Shown: piece after piece, positions 1-14,380 of the stretch
Layout of the letters: the number at the start of each line of letters is the position of its first letter
Numbering within the stretch: the first letter of the stretch is position 1
Source: Azolla caroliniana
Taxonomy: Eukaryota > Plantae > Polypodiophyta
Assembly (NCBI GenBank): GCA_043228905.1
Contig: JBHGNT010000014.1
Coordinates: forward strand, 19,964,001-20,028,000
Direction: 5' to 3'
Length of the DNA: 64,000 bases
The notes under the pieces: model-generated
Seen by the model: only the letters and a program-made list of their open reading frames with translations
Told to the model about the DNA's origin: nothing
Databases searched by the model: none
Position numbers and translations under genes: made by a program

Positions 1-228
1 GGGGTAATTAATCCATATGTACATATTTCATGTACAGCCTTAGGGCGTTTCTTGTACTAATGTAGTATTTTTGTTTTGGGAAAATAAAAATTAAATTAGC
101 TAAACTGGTTGTCCAATTGGCATTTTACTGCCCTCTGGAAGATCCACAGCCCTGTTTAAGTAAGTGGCAATTTTTTATTTTGTTTTGAAGAATCTGGAAA
201 CTGATGGCTCTGTTCCCAATAAATCCAG

Positions 229-1631
229 GCAATAGTCGAGAAATATCAGTTTTGGCGAGTTCTCACATCATCTTGCGTTTTTGCATCAACACCTGAACTT
301 ATATTCGGTCTTTTTCTTATCTATTACTTCCGCATATTTGAGAGACAAATTGGCTCCAATAAATATGCTGTACGTCTGTTGATAATTTGCGATTTGTATA
401 TTCTTTCCCTTCTTGAAGTTAGTTATTGATACTTATTTTGCTCCAGGTGTTCTTGACATTCTCTACAATCCTGAGTACAATACTTAATTTAGTGGCTATT
501 TATTGTTTAAAAGGTATCTGCTGTAAGTTTTTCTAAGCATGTGTGTTCTTCATGAATAAAGTAATGATCAAACAAAACCTTTGTAAAAACATGAAATTTT
601 TCTCTAGAAATAGCTATAGTTTGAATTTTATATTCTATGTCCGTCTTCTTTAGTTCCGTCGTTTTACAAAGATTTATTCTTCAGATCATTCTCCTTTGGG
701 ATTGTCCCCTGGGCCATATGGGCTCGTATTTGCTTCATTTATTCAGTTCTATTTTGATATTCCCACGACAACTCACTTCCGAGTATTTGGAGCTAACCTT
801 TCAGACAAGTCATTTGTTTATCTCGCTGGATTACAGGTACCAAGATAGCTTATACACATTATGATCTCACATTGACATCTTTTTTTATGTCTGCTAAATG
901 ATTGCCATTTCCTTGCAGCTTTTAGTTTCTTCATGGAAACGGACGTTGATACCTGGTATGTGCGGATTTCTGGCTGGGGCTGTTTATCACATGAATGTGC
1001 TCAAGATTCGACGTGTCAAAGTAAATCTTTTTGAAATGTTAAATCTCTCTTATCAAATGTGTACATGTGTGTATGTATGTAATGTCTTATTTTGTGATTT
1101 TTCACCTTACATTGTGGTTTTCCACCAGCATATTATGTATGGTAAATAAAGCGTGCCTATGTACACACGTACTCATGGTAAAAAGGGGAACAAAAAGAAT
1201 TGGAATGGAATCTTCCTCTCATTCATATGTTGGTTTTAACAGTTCCCTGAAGCATTGGCTTCAGCTATGGGCCGTGCTTTCGGAGCATTGTTTCAAAGAG
1301 TACAGTCTCCAGCTTCAAGGGAAAATTCTAGAAGCTCTCAAAATGCACAGGTTATCAGTGGATTGCAGGTTTCGATTCTTTGTAGATGTATCATCACTCA
1401 TGCCCTTTGTACTTCTATTTACTGATTTTGACTTGGTTTTGTGGCCGAGCAAAGCAGGGACACGTACCCCCATTGATTCCCTCAGTACCTGTCTCGCTTC
1501 CACCCCCGGAAGAATCTGTTGCCATGCTGGTATCTATGGGGTTTGATAGAAATAGAGCTGTACAAGCGCTTACAGAGGCCCGAAATGATGTAACAAGAGC
1601 AACAAATCTTTTAGTTGAGGGTCAAGCATGA
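229..1631 (+). CDS. Rhomboid-like protein with C-terminal UBA domain (RBL18/RBL20, UBAC2-like); 5' exons lie outside the window
   Basis: GT-AG exons ~229-369 ([41 protein letters not shown]), 447-513, 685-836 ([25 protein letters not shown]), 919-1020, 1243-1368 and 1458-1631 (UBA: [38 protein letters not shown]). Confidence 0.88.
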
Positions 1632-2471
1632 AACTCACAAGGGCTGTACTTAACAATGATGCTATTTGATCAGGTATTGAAAGTCATTAAAAATATTCAA
1701 ATGTTTTTCCAGGATTTGATATGTATTTAATTTGAGAACAATAGCATAATGGTGTGTGGTTGGCTGTTTGTCCCAGTATCCTAAAGTTGAACTGAGGTTC
1801 ACACATTTGGCACACATGGAATCCAGCAGAATACTAGCAAATATTTATTGAACGATTGGTCTCACTTGATTCATTTTCCACAATTGGTTGAGAGAATATT
1901 CTTAAATATTCCATGGGTCATCTTGGGTTAACCAGCTCAAGGTTTTTGTAATACATGTGGGTTGTGGCTATTGAATGAGTTTTTATAATCAATATTAGTT
2001 TTGGTTGGAGCTAAATGTGGCTATGCTGTATATGAGCAAAGATGAATACATTCTGTAAAGATATGAAGTTTGAAATAAAGATGGAGAAAGTAAAGCTTCT
2101 TTAAAGTGCAAATTCTGTTTACGTAATGGCTCCAATCAAAGATGTCTTTATCTATAACTCAATGTTGCTATGTTTGGATTGAGCTATATGTAGTCCTTGA
2201 CATATTTGTCAACTGTTGAAGATTGTGCATTGCAAAGATGGTCTAGGTCTTGCTATCAAGAAGGCTTGATCTGAAGCTGGACTGACCTCTTGTCTTGCTT
2301 TGTGATGTGATGAATCCATCTAACATACTTACCAACATATTTCCAAAGTGTAATTCCATTTAGTATCTGCCTTCCAAGCAGAGGATATGGGTTACACTCT
2401 TGTTATTTGGAACTGACAAATTGGACAAGATGACTACAGATCATGGTTATATGAAATCCATTATCTACAAC

Positions 2472-3227
2472 TAGCAATGGCCTTGGTTCGGTTCGGTTTC
2501 TTCGAATTGAAACCAAACCAAACCATTTATTCATAATAAAAACCAAACCAAATTGTTTAAAATTTATGAAGCCATTTAAATCGAACCATTTAAAAATAGG
2601 AGAAACCAAACTGTTTATTGAAAATTTAGAACCAAACCAAGCCAGCTAATCATAAATCAAAACCAAACCAAACCAAACAATTTTTGACAGATATGTATTG
2701 ATCCTTATACTTATCATAAATTTGGTGATCATACTTATCATAAATTTGTTTATCATACTTATTATAAATTTTGTTATAATACTTATTGAAAATTTGGACA
2801 TCATACTTATTATAAATTTGGTCATCATACTTATTATAAATTTAGTTATCATACACTTATCATAAATTTGGTTATCATACTAATCATAAATTTGGTCATC
2901 CTAGTTATCATAAATTTGGTGTTTAAAATTAATGCATATAAGATTTAATAAGATAAAATTGGCGTTTAAAATTAAAAGCTAAAAGTTGAAACCTATTGGG
3001 AAAATTTAGGAGTATTTTTTTAACCTATAAACCGTTAAACCTTAAAACCAAACCACATAAACTGAAACCGATAAGCCAATAAACTGCTAAACCATGAAAT
3101 TCAAAACCAAACCGAGTAGTAACATTTGAACCTAAACCAAACCGCTTATTTATCTTTGAACCAATAAACCGTTAAGCCATGGTTTAACGGTTCGGTTTAG
3201 TTTGAGCCGAAACCGGGCCCATTGCTA
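2472..3227. mobile_element. Non-autonomous hAT-type MITE
   Basis: TIRs TAGCAATGG.../...CCATTGCTA; 8-bp TSD TCTACAAC/TCCACAAC (1 mismatch); many subterminal AACCG/AAACC motifs. Confidence 0.85.
2700..2920. repeat. ~24-bp tandem repeat inside the MITE
   Basis: About 9 copies of CATACTTATCATAAATTTGGTNAT; this explains the repetitive ORF 2646-2852. Confidence 0.85.
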
Positions 3228-4583
3228 TCCACAACCCATATATGACATATGAATTGGGATGAATGTTTAGACTGAAGAGAACAAGCAATAGGGGAAAAGG
3301 AAGAGCATCCCATAAAAGCAGCATGGTTGATGGTTGCTCTTGTATTCCCTTAAATTGGTTTAATTGGCAATGGCAGGGGATGGATGATTTTCCCCGTTTG
3401 ATGCTATCATGCGAAAGTTGTTTCCATGATTTAGGAATTCAATTGATTTTAGATAATCCATCTTTTCGTGGCACAACATGAAACATGTGCAGAAAAACAT
3501 GTAATGAAAATGGATAAATCAATCTCCTTCAAGAAGAATCATCGAAGGTTGTTCTTTCCTATATTCGTAAATTTTTTCTATTACTTAATTCTCCCAAAAT
3601 AAGTTCATTTTAAATTATTCTACACATTATTTTCCCACTTGTCGTATTGTGTGCATGTGCATAACAATCATGCCATAAAATGCATTAATACATTGGAAGA
3701 TGTTCCCTCAACATCACCAATTCAAAACATTCAGTTAGGCATGACACCAAGGACTACACTACATGGTATGATCTTTATTTAGAAATGCCTTGTTTACAAT
3801 GCCAATTATCCTACCATGTTCATGTGCATGACAATCATTCCATATAATGTATAAATACATTGGACGATGTTTACCCAACATCATGAAGCACACAACAATT
3901 CAAGAATTTGACCGAGTTATCATGTCACCAACCATTACACTACAATGTATATGGTCCTAAATTTAAAATGTCTTCTTTACAGGCCCAAAAACCTGTGTAG
4001 CATATGCAACTTGAAACATCCATTGAATATCTACATCATAGGGTTTAAATTACTTGCAATGAATACAAGGACTTTCGAGCTTAGTCAATCTATCTCATTC
4101 ACTGAACTTGACATCAGTGTCAGGCAAATGCAAATAGGCACCATTGATTTGCACATTAAAATTAATGATGAATGGTTGTCTAATAAGGTTTTCTTAAATT
4201 GTGGATGCCTTTCAAGGTCAATGTATGCCCCGTCCATTTGTTTTATGGTGAAATATGTGGGTTTAGGGTTTATAGATGATCAAAATATGGAGTAATGGAT
4301 ATGCTTCAAAACATCCTTCAAGAACACCATATAATGGATATTGCCAAAGGGATAAAGAATCCATTACATTCATACTAAATAGGTGGTAAGCAAATACAAC
4401 AAATCAATTTTTTATTCTTACCGCCAACCTGATTTAAAATGGGACAATGAATATCTACAACTCATTTCATGAATCACGAAAATTGTCAAATTTCAGAAAG
4501 CAGAATAAACATTACAAAATAAAGCTCATTTCACTGGAGGAAAAATTTAGAAAATTGATGGCATTTAGAAAAAACTTATTTCA

Positions 4584-7500
4584 CTAGCTGGAAGCATGCT
4601 CAATACTTTCCATGCCAACAAAATTAGGAATACTACTATGTTCTTCTCTCAGAAACTCAGCTCTGAGTCTCATAAGTAAGCGGCCCAAGTGATTGAGTCC
4701 TTCCCCATCTCGACCCGACCCCCAATAGAGATCATGAGGTGAGCCTTCAGAAAGTATAGATCCAGTTGTCGAGAGCAGCAAAGATTTCAAAGAAGGATAG
4801 CTTGTAAATTTGGCACGTAATGCGGTGTACATTACTTCTATTCTCATTATTTCCCAATCCTCCCGTACCTACAGGAAAACAAAAGACGATGAGACTAATA
4901 ATATGATTTTCTCGCATGAAAGAGTTGGTGTTATTATACATACATACCAGATCAGGCCTCTGCTTTGCTAGACTCCTCCCTAATCTTGCTGCTTCCTCTG
5001 GACTTTTGGCAGCTTTAATCATTTTGACTTGATTTAGTGCAAGAGGATCTTCAACACCATTATACTTTTGCGCCTGTTACATGGAGAAAGCAATGAATTA
5101 AGTGACTTCATCAAAATACCCCTCTTCCACTATAAAGATGGTGCATCGCCATGTCATATTCCGAGGTACAACTCATCCAGCAGAGATTAGTAGATAAAGT
5201 AGAAAATCATAAAATCTATGTAAGCAGGAAATTTAGTTCATCAAAAGAAAGACAATGACACTTAATCGATCTAGTGGCAACAATATTTCATTTTCCAATT
5301 TCTTCACTTACCAATATGATCTTTAATCAATTTGAAGAATATCTTTGAGCTAATTTGCTATCACTATTAGGATTGAACTGAACTCAGACCACACCATACC
5401 CCTTAAATGAACTCTGACCTCTGAACAGATTTTTTGGAGGGCTACAATGAAATAATGACTTTCTAAAGTATAAACAAAACATTTTGGGCTACATTAGCAT
5501 AATGACTTTCTAAGAGCAGAAAAGCTACGTTTTTGCAGAAAAATGAACCTGATAGTAATGTTCGACGCTAGTCCACAGCACATCATTTCCATCAGAGTCA
5601 GTAACTGTTATTGGATGAGGAGAGAAGTTGGAAAGGGCACCAAAAACATTCCATGACTTGTAAAATGAGATTATACTCTGCTTGTCAGAAAAGGAAGCTG
5701 CCTCAGAAGCATCAAGCTCATCAATTCCAGCAGGAACTACTAAATCAGGGATTGGCTGCAAGTACCCAGTGATAAGCATGTCTGGGCCTATCTGCAACAC
5801 ACAAACATGCATAATTCTATGAATTGAAATATGCATAACATTGGCCAAATGTATCGAGAAACTACAGGGCTTACCTGCTCAAAAGATACATCCTCGAGAT
5901 TTAGTGCCTGTGTCATCTCCACCATTCCCATATCACCAACTGGAGAAGGTGCATGAACACCTCCAATTATCTTGGGTGCCACAAATGCAAGCACCTGCTC
6001 TGAAGAGAATGAAAGCTACTTACTAATCAAGGAGTGGAGCAAATTATCTTGCTTTCACTTGCACATGAAGGATTTGAAACGGTAAGAAAGGAGGGTAAGG
6101 ATGCCATACTTTATGAATTACACCAGATGTGATAGCCGGTGCAGCCAAAGTACCCCCACATTCCCATAGAATACTCAAAAAGCCTCGATCATAACAATAA
6201 TCCATAGCTCCCTTTGGTGTTAGAAAATCAAACTCTACAATTTCTACTCCTTTGCTCTGAAGTCTACGTTGAAAATCTTTCCGTGCTCCTCTCTGTGTCA
6301 TAACTATGGTAGGTGTAAAAGAGACATCCCATAGTTTTGCGTCCTCAGGCAAATTCATACCTCGAGACATCACTATGCGGACAGGTAGATGACCACCATC
6401 TTGCCTAGTTGTTAATTGGGGATCTGCAAACACCATTGGTTAAAGTAAATCACGGTCAAGGAGATCCAATTTCATAGAATCACAACAAATAATTTTTTTG
6501 TTGTTTCCCATAATTTTTTATGTGCATGCAGATGTACGACCAAGACTCTGATTCAATGTATCACAGTTTGCATAATATTATATCACATTTCATTATCTGT
6601 GACCTGCAAAGTTAAGAAATTGAATGTTTTTTCAAGGGTAAACCCCCAGGAATGTGCATATTGAAAATTTAAAAAAACACTCATGCAAAAAAAAGTGCAT
6701 TTCTATACGTTTCAATTATACATATATGCACGCAATTTAAGGGAAATAATATTCCCAGAAAGTGGTCCACAGGATCTTCATACCATTTTCCATAATTGAC
6801 AATTTTACTCACTCTTCTTATGTCATCCTCTTTTCCCCAGTTTTCGCATTTTATTGGGATTCCCATGACAATAACCAGATTCATTGACGGAGAGCCAAAT
6901 ATAGTCTCTGATAGAAATCAATTGTGCAATAGCTAGCAAGTGTCCGCTGGCTATTGAACACCAATATTCCGAAGGGTGTAACATAAAGAAAGAACTTCAA
7001 GACAGGAGCTTCATTTCATTGCAACAGGATGGGAATGAGAAAGGGAGAAGTTTATGCTCACCATCACGACGAACAGTGTTCCCTCCAACAACAATAGCAT
7101 CACTCCGTCCGCGTGTAGCAAAAACTCTTTGGCGAGATAACTTGCTAGTGATCCATGCTGCATGCCCACTACTTGCAGCAATCTTACCTGATAATCAACA
7201 TCATGGATAGAAATCCTAAAATAACAGCATTCCTTTACACCTTTCAAAATAAGAGAACAAAATCAAAAGACCCACACCATCAAGTGTCATCCCGTACTTG
7301 AGAGTTGAGAATGGACTATGATATGATGCCCTATAGAGAAGAGGAATGTTAACATTTTGGCAGGCTTTCAAAGCTTTCTGAAAAGATAGCAGAAATCAAC
7401 GGATTAAAAACCCTACCCCAAAATGAGATGAATTAGAGCTTCTTGTAATTCTAATTCAAAAACTTCAAAACATAAGAAGAGGCTTTTCTGCATATGAAAA

Positions 7501-10500
7501 TGCACTAAATGTATATTAGTTGGTTTTATAGACAATAACTATAGAGTATTGTTTCTGAGAAAAGAAGCGAAAATCAAATGAGTGTTGTCTGAAACATTTA
7601 TAGTCATCTACATTGAGTGACAGGAAATGTGATGTAGAGGGACATCTTTAGGAATGATGTAAGGATGAAGACAATGACAACGCAGATATAGCTGATTAGA
7701 AAGACCCCTAGCTGATTTGTTCTCTTTCTGTTATGCCCACTGGAGAGTACCTATGAAACCCTATGTGCTGGTTTCAGTCACTGAGATAGGCTTAAACTTC
7801 TGGCTGTACTTTTAGAAGGTAGGCATTCGTAATTATATCATTGCTTACTAATTATCCCTAAATGAAAGGGATGCCAATCTTTGGAGCCAATTGCTGTCAA
7901 CTTTATTGTTCAGGAGCGATATAGTTTCCTAGATGTGAAATTAGGTCCTAGGGAGTCTAAAATCTTAAGGACACATTTCTTCATTCATAATATATTTTTC
8001 GGGAGTTGAAATTTTGGTTAAATCGGTGGCAGGTGGTTTATCACCCTCTGGAAGTTACATAGGCCAATTTCACCCAATGATCTTAGTAGCCAGCGGTGCT
8101 TCAGCAGCTACTGGCTGCATACATGAACTGAACAGTGATGGATCGGGCATTATTCAAGAATCAGCCGCTTCCTATAGGACAACTACAAGCAAAATCATCC
8201 AATGCCTTCTGCTTGTAGCAAGCATTGGGAAAGGTCAGTTAAATGTTTAGTTCTCCCTGATCCTGTTATTTGCAACTTAAAAACACTTGAGTTTTCTAAT
8301 GTTGCAGAAACAGGGTTTAGATAGGAAGTTGATCAGAATCGCCATGTGTCAGTACAATGTAGTTCAGTGGATCTAGCTGGATAACATCTAGATTCGAAAA
8401 AGACCCTGTTCAAAACTATAAAATAAGCATCCTAGAAATAGCACATTTAGATTCTCTCTCACAAACACGAACCTATTCTTTTGTTACTTGCATTGACACT
8501 ATACATGTGTGATTTTTGCTAGGTTTAACACGCCATTATGGTAGTTTACAGAATCAATGCATTGTTATTTATCATACAGCCTTCAAGATGAGTTCAGTTT
8601 CAAATAAATTTGACGCCTTTTTATCATTTGATTCACATTTGTCCCCGGGACATAACAATATAGCCTTCATTACTAGTTTTCATCTTTATAAGTTTGTTGA
8701 CCTTCATTGTGTACTTTTGATGTGACAGCTCATTCCTTAGAAAATTAAGATGTTATGGCTTTACTGTTTCTGACACACATTCTTTGATTCTTGAGCATGT
8801 CCTCTTCCAATATCTCCAAGCACAATCACTTTATGGAAACATCAAACATTGAAAGACAAGTATGTTGACCGTTGCTGAGCATTGTAGAAGCATAATTATG
8901 GATAGCAACCAGAGTTAAAATTTCAAATATTAATGGAAGCTGTGCATGATATAATATGACAAAATCAACCTCAGTAGTTGCATTCACTTGCATATTTTCT
9001 CCAAAAACATCGACTCTAATATTCGCCTTCCTCAAGTCCTTTATTGCTTTTCCTTTGAAGTGTGGCAATGGATGGCGAAGCCCCACAACCACTCGGGAAA
9101 TCCCTGCCTGAAACTTCAAGATCAGATCTAGGTAGCTTTGATAAATTTAAACATTTATGCATCATAAGCAGCCTGTTAACGACATTCACGCATGAGAAAT
9201 GCATAATATTTACAAAGAAGCAGTGCAAGTTTTTGAAATAAATATAGCGGTGCAGGAAAGGTAAGTGTGACATGCTTTGCGATTTCTCGACTTTAAGTTG
9301 CATCCTAGTACTGAACTTCATTGCCCTCAGTCCGCTAGTTATAACTTAACACAAAAACCAGAAATGCGTCTCGAATTATGGATGGAAAACGGAAACATAA
9401 AGAGGTTGATCTTCACAGTGGTCTCTCAAAAGCATGTGTCCAATTAGTTAGAAACATAAAATAATGTCAAGTTACATTGCAGAAAAATATATCTAGAGAT
9501 ACATTAAAAAGAAGTTTCCAAATGATGTCTAAATTCCTACTCACCTATAATGTGTTCTTCAGCAACTGCATATGCTTATTCACAACCTTTCTTCCATACA
9601 ATAGACATTATCAAAGAAAGTTTGCTCACGGAGTCTGAAATGGGTCAAGCTCACCTACCTTTGACGTATTGTTCTGCAATTGTATATACACTTGGTAAAG
9701 TCCTTTGTCCCAGACAAAGGAGCAGGCTGCACATCAGATATCTCTGCTCGCCTAAGTATCTACAGGACACACCTATCTAATCAACATCTATTAAAATACT
9801 ACTTTACGAAGAATCTTACATAGCTGGGACTCTCTGACTTGGACCCTGAGTTACATTTAGTTCCATCCTTTAATGTAAACTCTACAAAAGGATTTGGTAT
9901 CTGACAATGCACATTATATTCTATCAAGTCGACCTGCACTACTAAACGCCAAATGTCAAGTCCTATCAAATAAACCCTTGAAGCAATCAAAGGTAATGAT
10001 CAAGTTTACATAACAAGTAGTCTTTATACAGGAGGCACTACTTGGACCACAAACAAAAATGAAAACGGAGAAATATGTGTCAAATATTTAATGATTAAAC
10101 TCCAAATATTGTATACTGTAAGATAATCGACGATAGTGACAGAATAAAAGACATCACCAAGTTCCAACAATCCATGCCTTCAATGGATACTAAGGACCAA
10201 CAAACCCAACCCCAAACTAATCTCATTCTCAGCCACTCTCCTAGCCATTCATCCTTTCAAGCACCCCCAAACAATGTCTTTAATGCCAAAGGAAATTTAA
10301 GGAAACCAAGAGATGTAGTTCCCCCTGGTTCATCTGATCCTTTATGGGTTTAAAAACTTGAAGCATATGACAATACCATGTGAACCATGTAGATGCCTCA
10401 GCTATATATAATCTACCCATGAATGAATATGCATCAGATAGTCATAGTTATCACGACATATTGCATTCTGAAGAATTGAGTTCTGTAACCGCCGAACCCC

Positions 10501-11037
10501 ATGTTATGATCATTGATTACACCAAGTGAGAAATGAAACAGAGATATCTGATGTTTAAACCCTAAACAGTGAAAAAAAATGCGCACAATAATCACAGTTA
10601 CCACAATATATTGCAAGTTAAATTCCTAGTTGCATTCTTCCATGGAAACAAACGAATGCATGTGTATAGAGAGAAGAAAACATTCTTTGTACATACATAT
10701 ATGTATGTATACATACTTGTTTCAGCGCGGAGATGGAGGCGTCATCGCCATGGCAATCACCCGGTTCGAGGTTGAGGTACGCGGTGGCTCCGCGCGCTCC
10801 ATCTCGGGCGGCGTGACACGCCTGGACCTCTGCCGAGTCGGTGCCCTGTGCATAGAGGAAGCTCTGGGCCACCACGTGGTCCCACCCCTTGGCGATGATG
10901 CAGGCGGAGTTGGGGTGGGGAGCAGTGTAGCCAGCTGAGCTATCAGCAAGCTGGGCGGCACGGATCAACAAGGCAGCATCCAGCTCCACAGAGGACCATC
11001 CTGATGCTAATGATGATGATGATGATGCTCCTAGCAT
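4584..11037 (-). CDS. PYRR: Riboflavin biosynthesis protein PyrR (inactive deaminase + pyrimidine reductase + C-terminal NADAR/COG3236 domain), 9 exons
   Basis: Exons ~11037-10717, 9107-8970, 7376-7277, 7185-7062, 6423-6110, 5994-5875, 5790-5549, 5073-4948, 4868-4584. Motifs PHPN, YLNLEPGDCHGD, KYGMTLDGKIAASSGHAAWI, ILWECGGTLA, VEHYYQ, SPHDLYWGSGRDGEGLNHLGRLLM. Confidence 0.95.
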
Positions 11038-11073
11038 TCTCTCTCTCTCCTCCTGGCTCCTCCTTGCTCTCTA

Positions 11074-11108
<35 letters not shown>

Positions 11109-11235
11109 GTATATCTCTCTTTCTTTCTCCCTCTCCTCCTCCTTGCTCTCTCTCTCTCTCTCTCTCTTATTTTTGGTGAAGACACATAATTATATTAATA
11201 AATGTGTGTAAAAAACCGCTTACAATGGGTGTGAC

Positions 11236-11708
11236 TAGGGATCGGAAACGGTTCGGTTTACGCTTAGCCGGTTTGGACAAACCGGTTAAGCCTAAACCGT
11301 TTTGGGATCCTCGAACCTGAACCAAACCAAACCAAACCGATCCTAAATCGGTTTGAGAAACAACTTGAAAACCGGCTTGTCAAACGGTTTGGAAACTTCC
11401 CTCTCTCTCTCCCTCCCTCATACGATCCACTATGTAGAATACAAGCTCCTTGCCTCCCTCCCTCCCTCTCTCTCACGTTTGTGTAGTCTCTCTCTCTCTC
11501 TCTCTCCTTGTCTGTGTAGTCTCCTTCCCTCGCCCTCTCTATCTCAAGTTTCTAAACGGCTTAACCGGTTTGGCGAGACTCAAGCCAAGCCGAGTTGAGC
11601 TCAAACCGTTAAGGCGGGCTCAAGCCTAAGCCGAGCCGAGTCGCTAAGCCACTTTAAGCCGGTTTAGCCAAATGGTTTAGGCTTGAGCCGAGCCGTTGTC
11701 GATCCCTA
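11236..11708. mobile_element. Non-autonomous hAT-type MITE ~200 bp upstream of the PyrR ATG
   Basis: TIRs TAGGGATCG(G/A)(A/C)AACGG; perfect 8-bp TSD GGTGTGAC at 11228-11235 and 11709-11716. Confidence 0.92.
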
Positions 11709-11808
11709 GGTGTGACAATAGAGTATGGTCACCCACCAACTACACTACACCATATGATGGTAGTGGAACATGTTGAATTGCCAATTATAGGCAATACAGA
11801 CACTCCAC

Positions 11809-13580
11809 TTAAGAAATAATTTCCACTTGCTTCAATAAAGAAATTTGCCACGTTAGTACTACTCCCTTCAACTTTCGTAAATATGCTTTCACCCCATGTC
11901 TACCATTGATCCATACAAAAGTGTTGCGCATGTCCCAATTATGATGCAATCCCCAATATCTCAGAAATAGGAAAACGATCTCCATCTCCGATTGAGCACC
12001 CACTCCACTGTCTAGGTGTCAAATAACACTATCACGATAATAACTTGCCAAATTTGAGAAATGTAACTCCAAATCTGACGAGCAATTAGACATTGTATAA
12101 ATTGATGAGTATTATCTTCCATTTGAACAATGCAAAAGAAACAATTGCCCGTTGTTAGTCCACAACGCTTTAGAGCTAATCCCAATGGTAATCCTCCAAT
12201 TCTCTCTGCTTTTCTTGTTAATCTTGTCTTATTTTTCAGTTGTCTATTATTATTATAAATCTATTGCTCAATGTCATCTCAAGATCTTCATCTCTAAGAG
12301 TGCTAGTTTTGTTCTGCATCTTGACGACTGCTTTCAACATGCAGGACATTGTCACCTACGATGTGATCGTCTCTTCTATGTGCGTTAACAGCTTTTGACC
12401 GTACACGAGCTGTGTTGGCATAAACCCTTTCAATGAGTTGTGGGTGGTCCTATCGACCCGCAAGGAGGCCAATCACCAGCCCTTCATTCACAAGCTCAGA
12501 CAATAGCCTTGTTTATGGGACCGTGGCCCAAGCTCTATCTGCCCATTGGCTATAAGCAATCGTAAGGGAGAGCTCAACTCCTAGTTACTCGAAGAGCTAT
12601 GTGGCTTCATTGGCATTGAAATCTCACATGCTTGCCACTACATTCTCCACAAACCCGTATGGGCCTATGACATTTTGAAGCAAGAACTCACACATTGTTG
12701 CCGTAGTACAAGGAAACCATTGAATGACAAGAGCAGGGCCCACTAACCGTTATCGATAACAAGAACAAGTTATAAGACCGCCCATCATGAGAGAATGTCT
12801 ATATTCCACATTGACTACGTCCCATTATGATATGCGGTGGTGTAACCCATGTTAAGCATCAATTAGTGCGGTGGGTGCGAATCCTGTACGAATTGGGATT
12901 GACAATATTCTATGTGCCTCAAATGTTGCATACAGACATCGGACAAATTGTGTAGGGTGGATCGAAATGAGGGAAGTAGGAATCCTTATGACATACGCTC
13001 AGGTAACATGAAACGTTTTGTTCTAGACCGATGGCTGATTCTTTGATGCTTCTAAGAACACGACCCAAAGTTCATTGTATGCTTTTCTATTCAACCATTG
13101 TCCATGCGAAGGAAGTCTTGTGCAACAAAGTGTCGGGATGTGCTATCGCAAGTGTGAATTTGCCAAGGGAGTGAATTTGCCAAGGGAATGAAGACCGTGC
13201 GTGGACATTTTGTTGGTGTTGTGGCTTGGAGGATAACTGTAAACTTTCTTGGAAAGAGGAGTCATTTAGTTGAGACATTGAAGGCACATTCCTTCGTGTT
13301 GGAGGGAGCCATGCTTTCGACACATTTTCCCCGATGTAACTCCACATGCCTAAACTATTTGCCGACCACGTGGAAACACCATGAATAGTTGAGAAAAGGT
13401 TTCATAATTTGTAGGCACGGCCCCATCTCGACGCCTCCGAGCACATTAATAATGCATTTAAAGTACAACGGCACCTCCGTCAAGTCTCGAGCGGTTTTTG
13501 GATCATGGACACTTTCATCTTGGCTTGCGCATCCTCCGCATTCTTCTATCCTTTCTGTCATCTCTATAGCATTATACATA
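11809..13580 (-). mobile_element. Highly degenerate Ty3/Gypsy pol remnant (integrase region)
   Basis: Broken frames give DRTTHNSLKGFMPTQLVYGQK (~12.4 kb) and YLRKLKGVVL (~11.85 kb), resembling Gypsy integrase C-terminal motifs; many stops. Confidence 0.5.
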
Positions 13581-14164
13581 GAGGAACCAACACAACAGGA
13601 AGGGGCTAAACGGGGGCTCGTGTTTGCGCGGCCCCCTTCTCAAATAATCTCCAATCAATTAGACTAGTGAGGCGTCAGTGCTTAAAATCTCTGGCTGTGG
13701 CCGGATGGTGGTTTCTCTGAATGTAAGAAATTTGGGTGTACCAGTCAGTATAAATAAAATAACAGATGGGGTATGAATGTATGTATGTGATGTAATATTA
13801 TACCACTGATGCGGTGGAGTCGTCATTGCTGTATATAGAAGAAGAGATAAACAAAAGATAGGGGGACGTGGAGTAATAAGGGAGGCAAATTATATATATA
13901 TATATACATGATTGAGACACAGACAGAATCATGGATTGGATATGGCGGCATAAAAATATAGATCAGTGGAGTAGGAAGCATCACATGGGCATGTCTATAC
14001 ACCCCTGATCACTCCTGGACATGCTAGATGCCACCAAATTCTTACCATGATACGGGTGTGGAAAATCACGGGTATACATACCCCAAAACCATTAGGTGTA
14101 ACGAGGATTGTAGGCAAACGGGCAAAATTATCTACCAGCTAGGCCTACACTACCCATTGCTTGT

Positions 14165-14314
14165 TTAGGTTCCGGTCCGTGTTCGTGGGCTGCCTCCAAC
14201 GGGTGCTGCCCCCATGAAAGAAATTAGGTTAATATGATGTGGCCATGTATCAGATATTAAACTGATAAGAACAGATACTACACTTGATCTTCGCCAAAAG
14301 GCCGAGAAAGGTAT
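14165..14314 (-). ncRNA. U2: U2 snRNA variant or U2-headed RNA (5' half conserved, 3' half remodelled; 3' end approximate)
   Basis: Minus strand reads ATACCTTTCTCGGCCTTTTGGCGAAGATCAAGTGTAGTATCTGTTCTTATCAGTTTAATATCTGATA, i.e. plant U2 stem I, branch-point pairing GTAGTA and stem IIa; later ATATTAA (IIc partner). Confidence 0.85.
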
Positions 14315-14339
14315 GCTTCCTTCTGAGCTTCTACTTCCA

Positions 14340-14380
14340 TACTTATAGGCTGAGCATGAGCAGGACTCCCTATGTGGGAT
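14340..14380 (-). promoter_or_regulatory. snRNA-type promoter (USE + TATA) of the U2 variant
   Basis: ATCCCACATAG (plant USE consensus RTCCCACATCG) starts at -66; 22-bp spacer; TATAAGTA at -33. Confidence 0.75.

Noticed and set aside
3640-3985. Diverged ~185-bp tandem duplication (similar small duplications at ~35224-35301 and ~41760-41920)
   Set aside because: Ordinary local duplications with no evident structure or function
4584-11037. FMN/TPP riboswitch in PyrR introns, or a novel domain fusion
   Set aside because: No aptamer motifs were recognised; the dead-deaminase/reductase/NADAR architecture is the known plant PyrR arrangement
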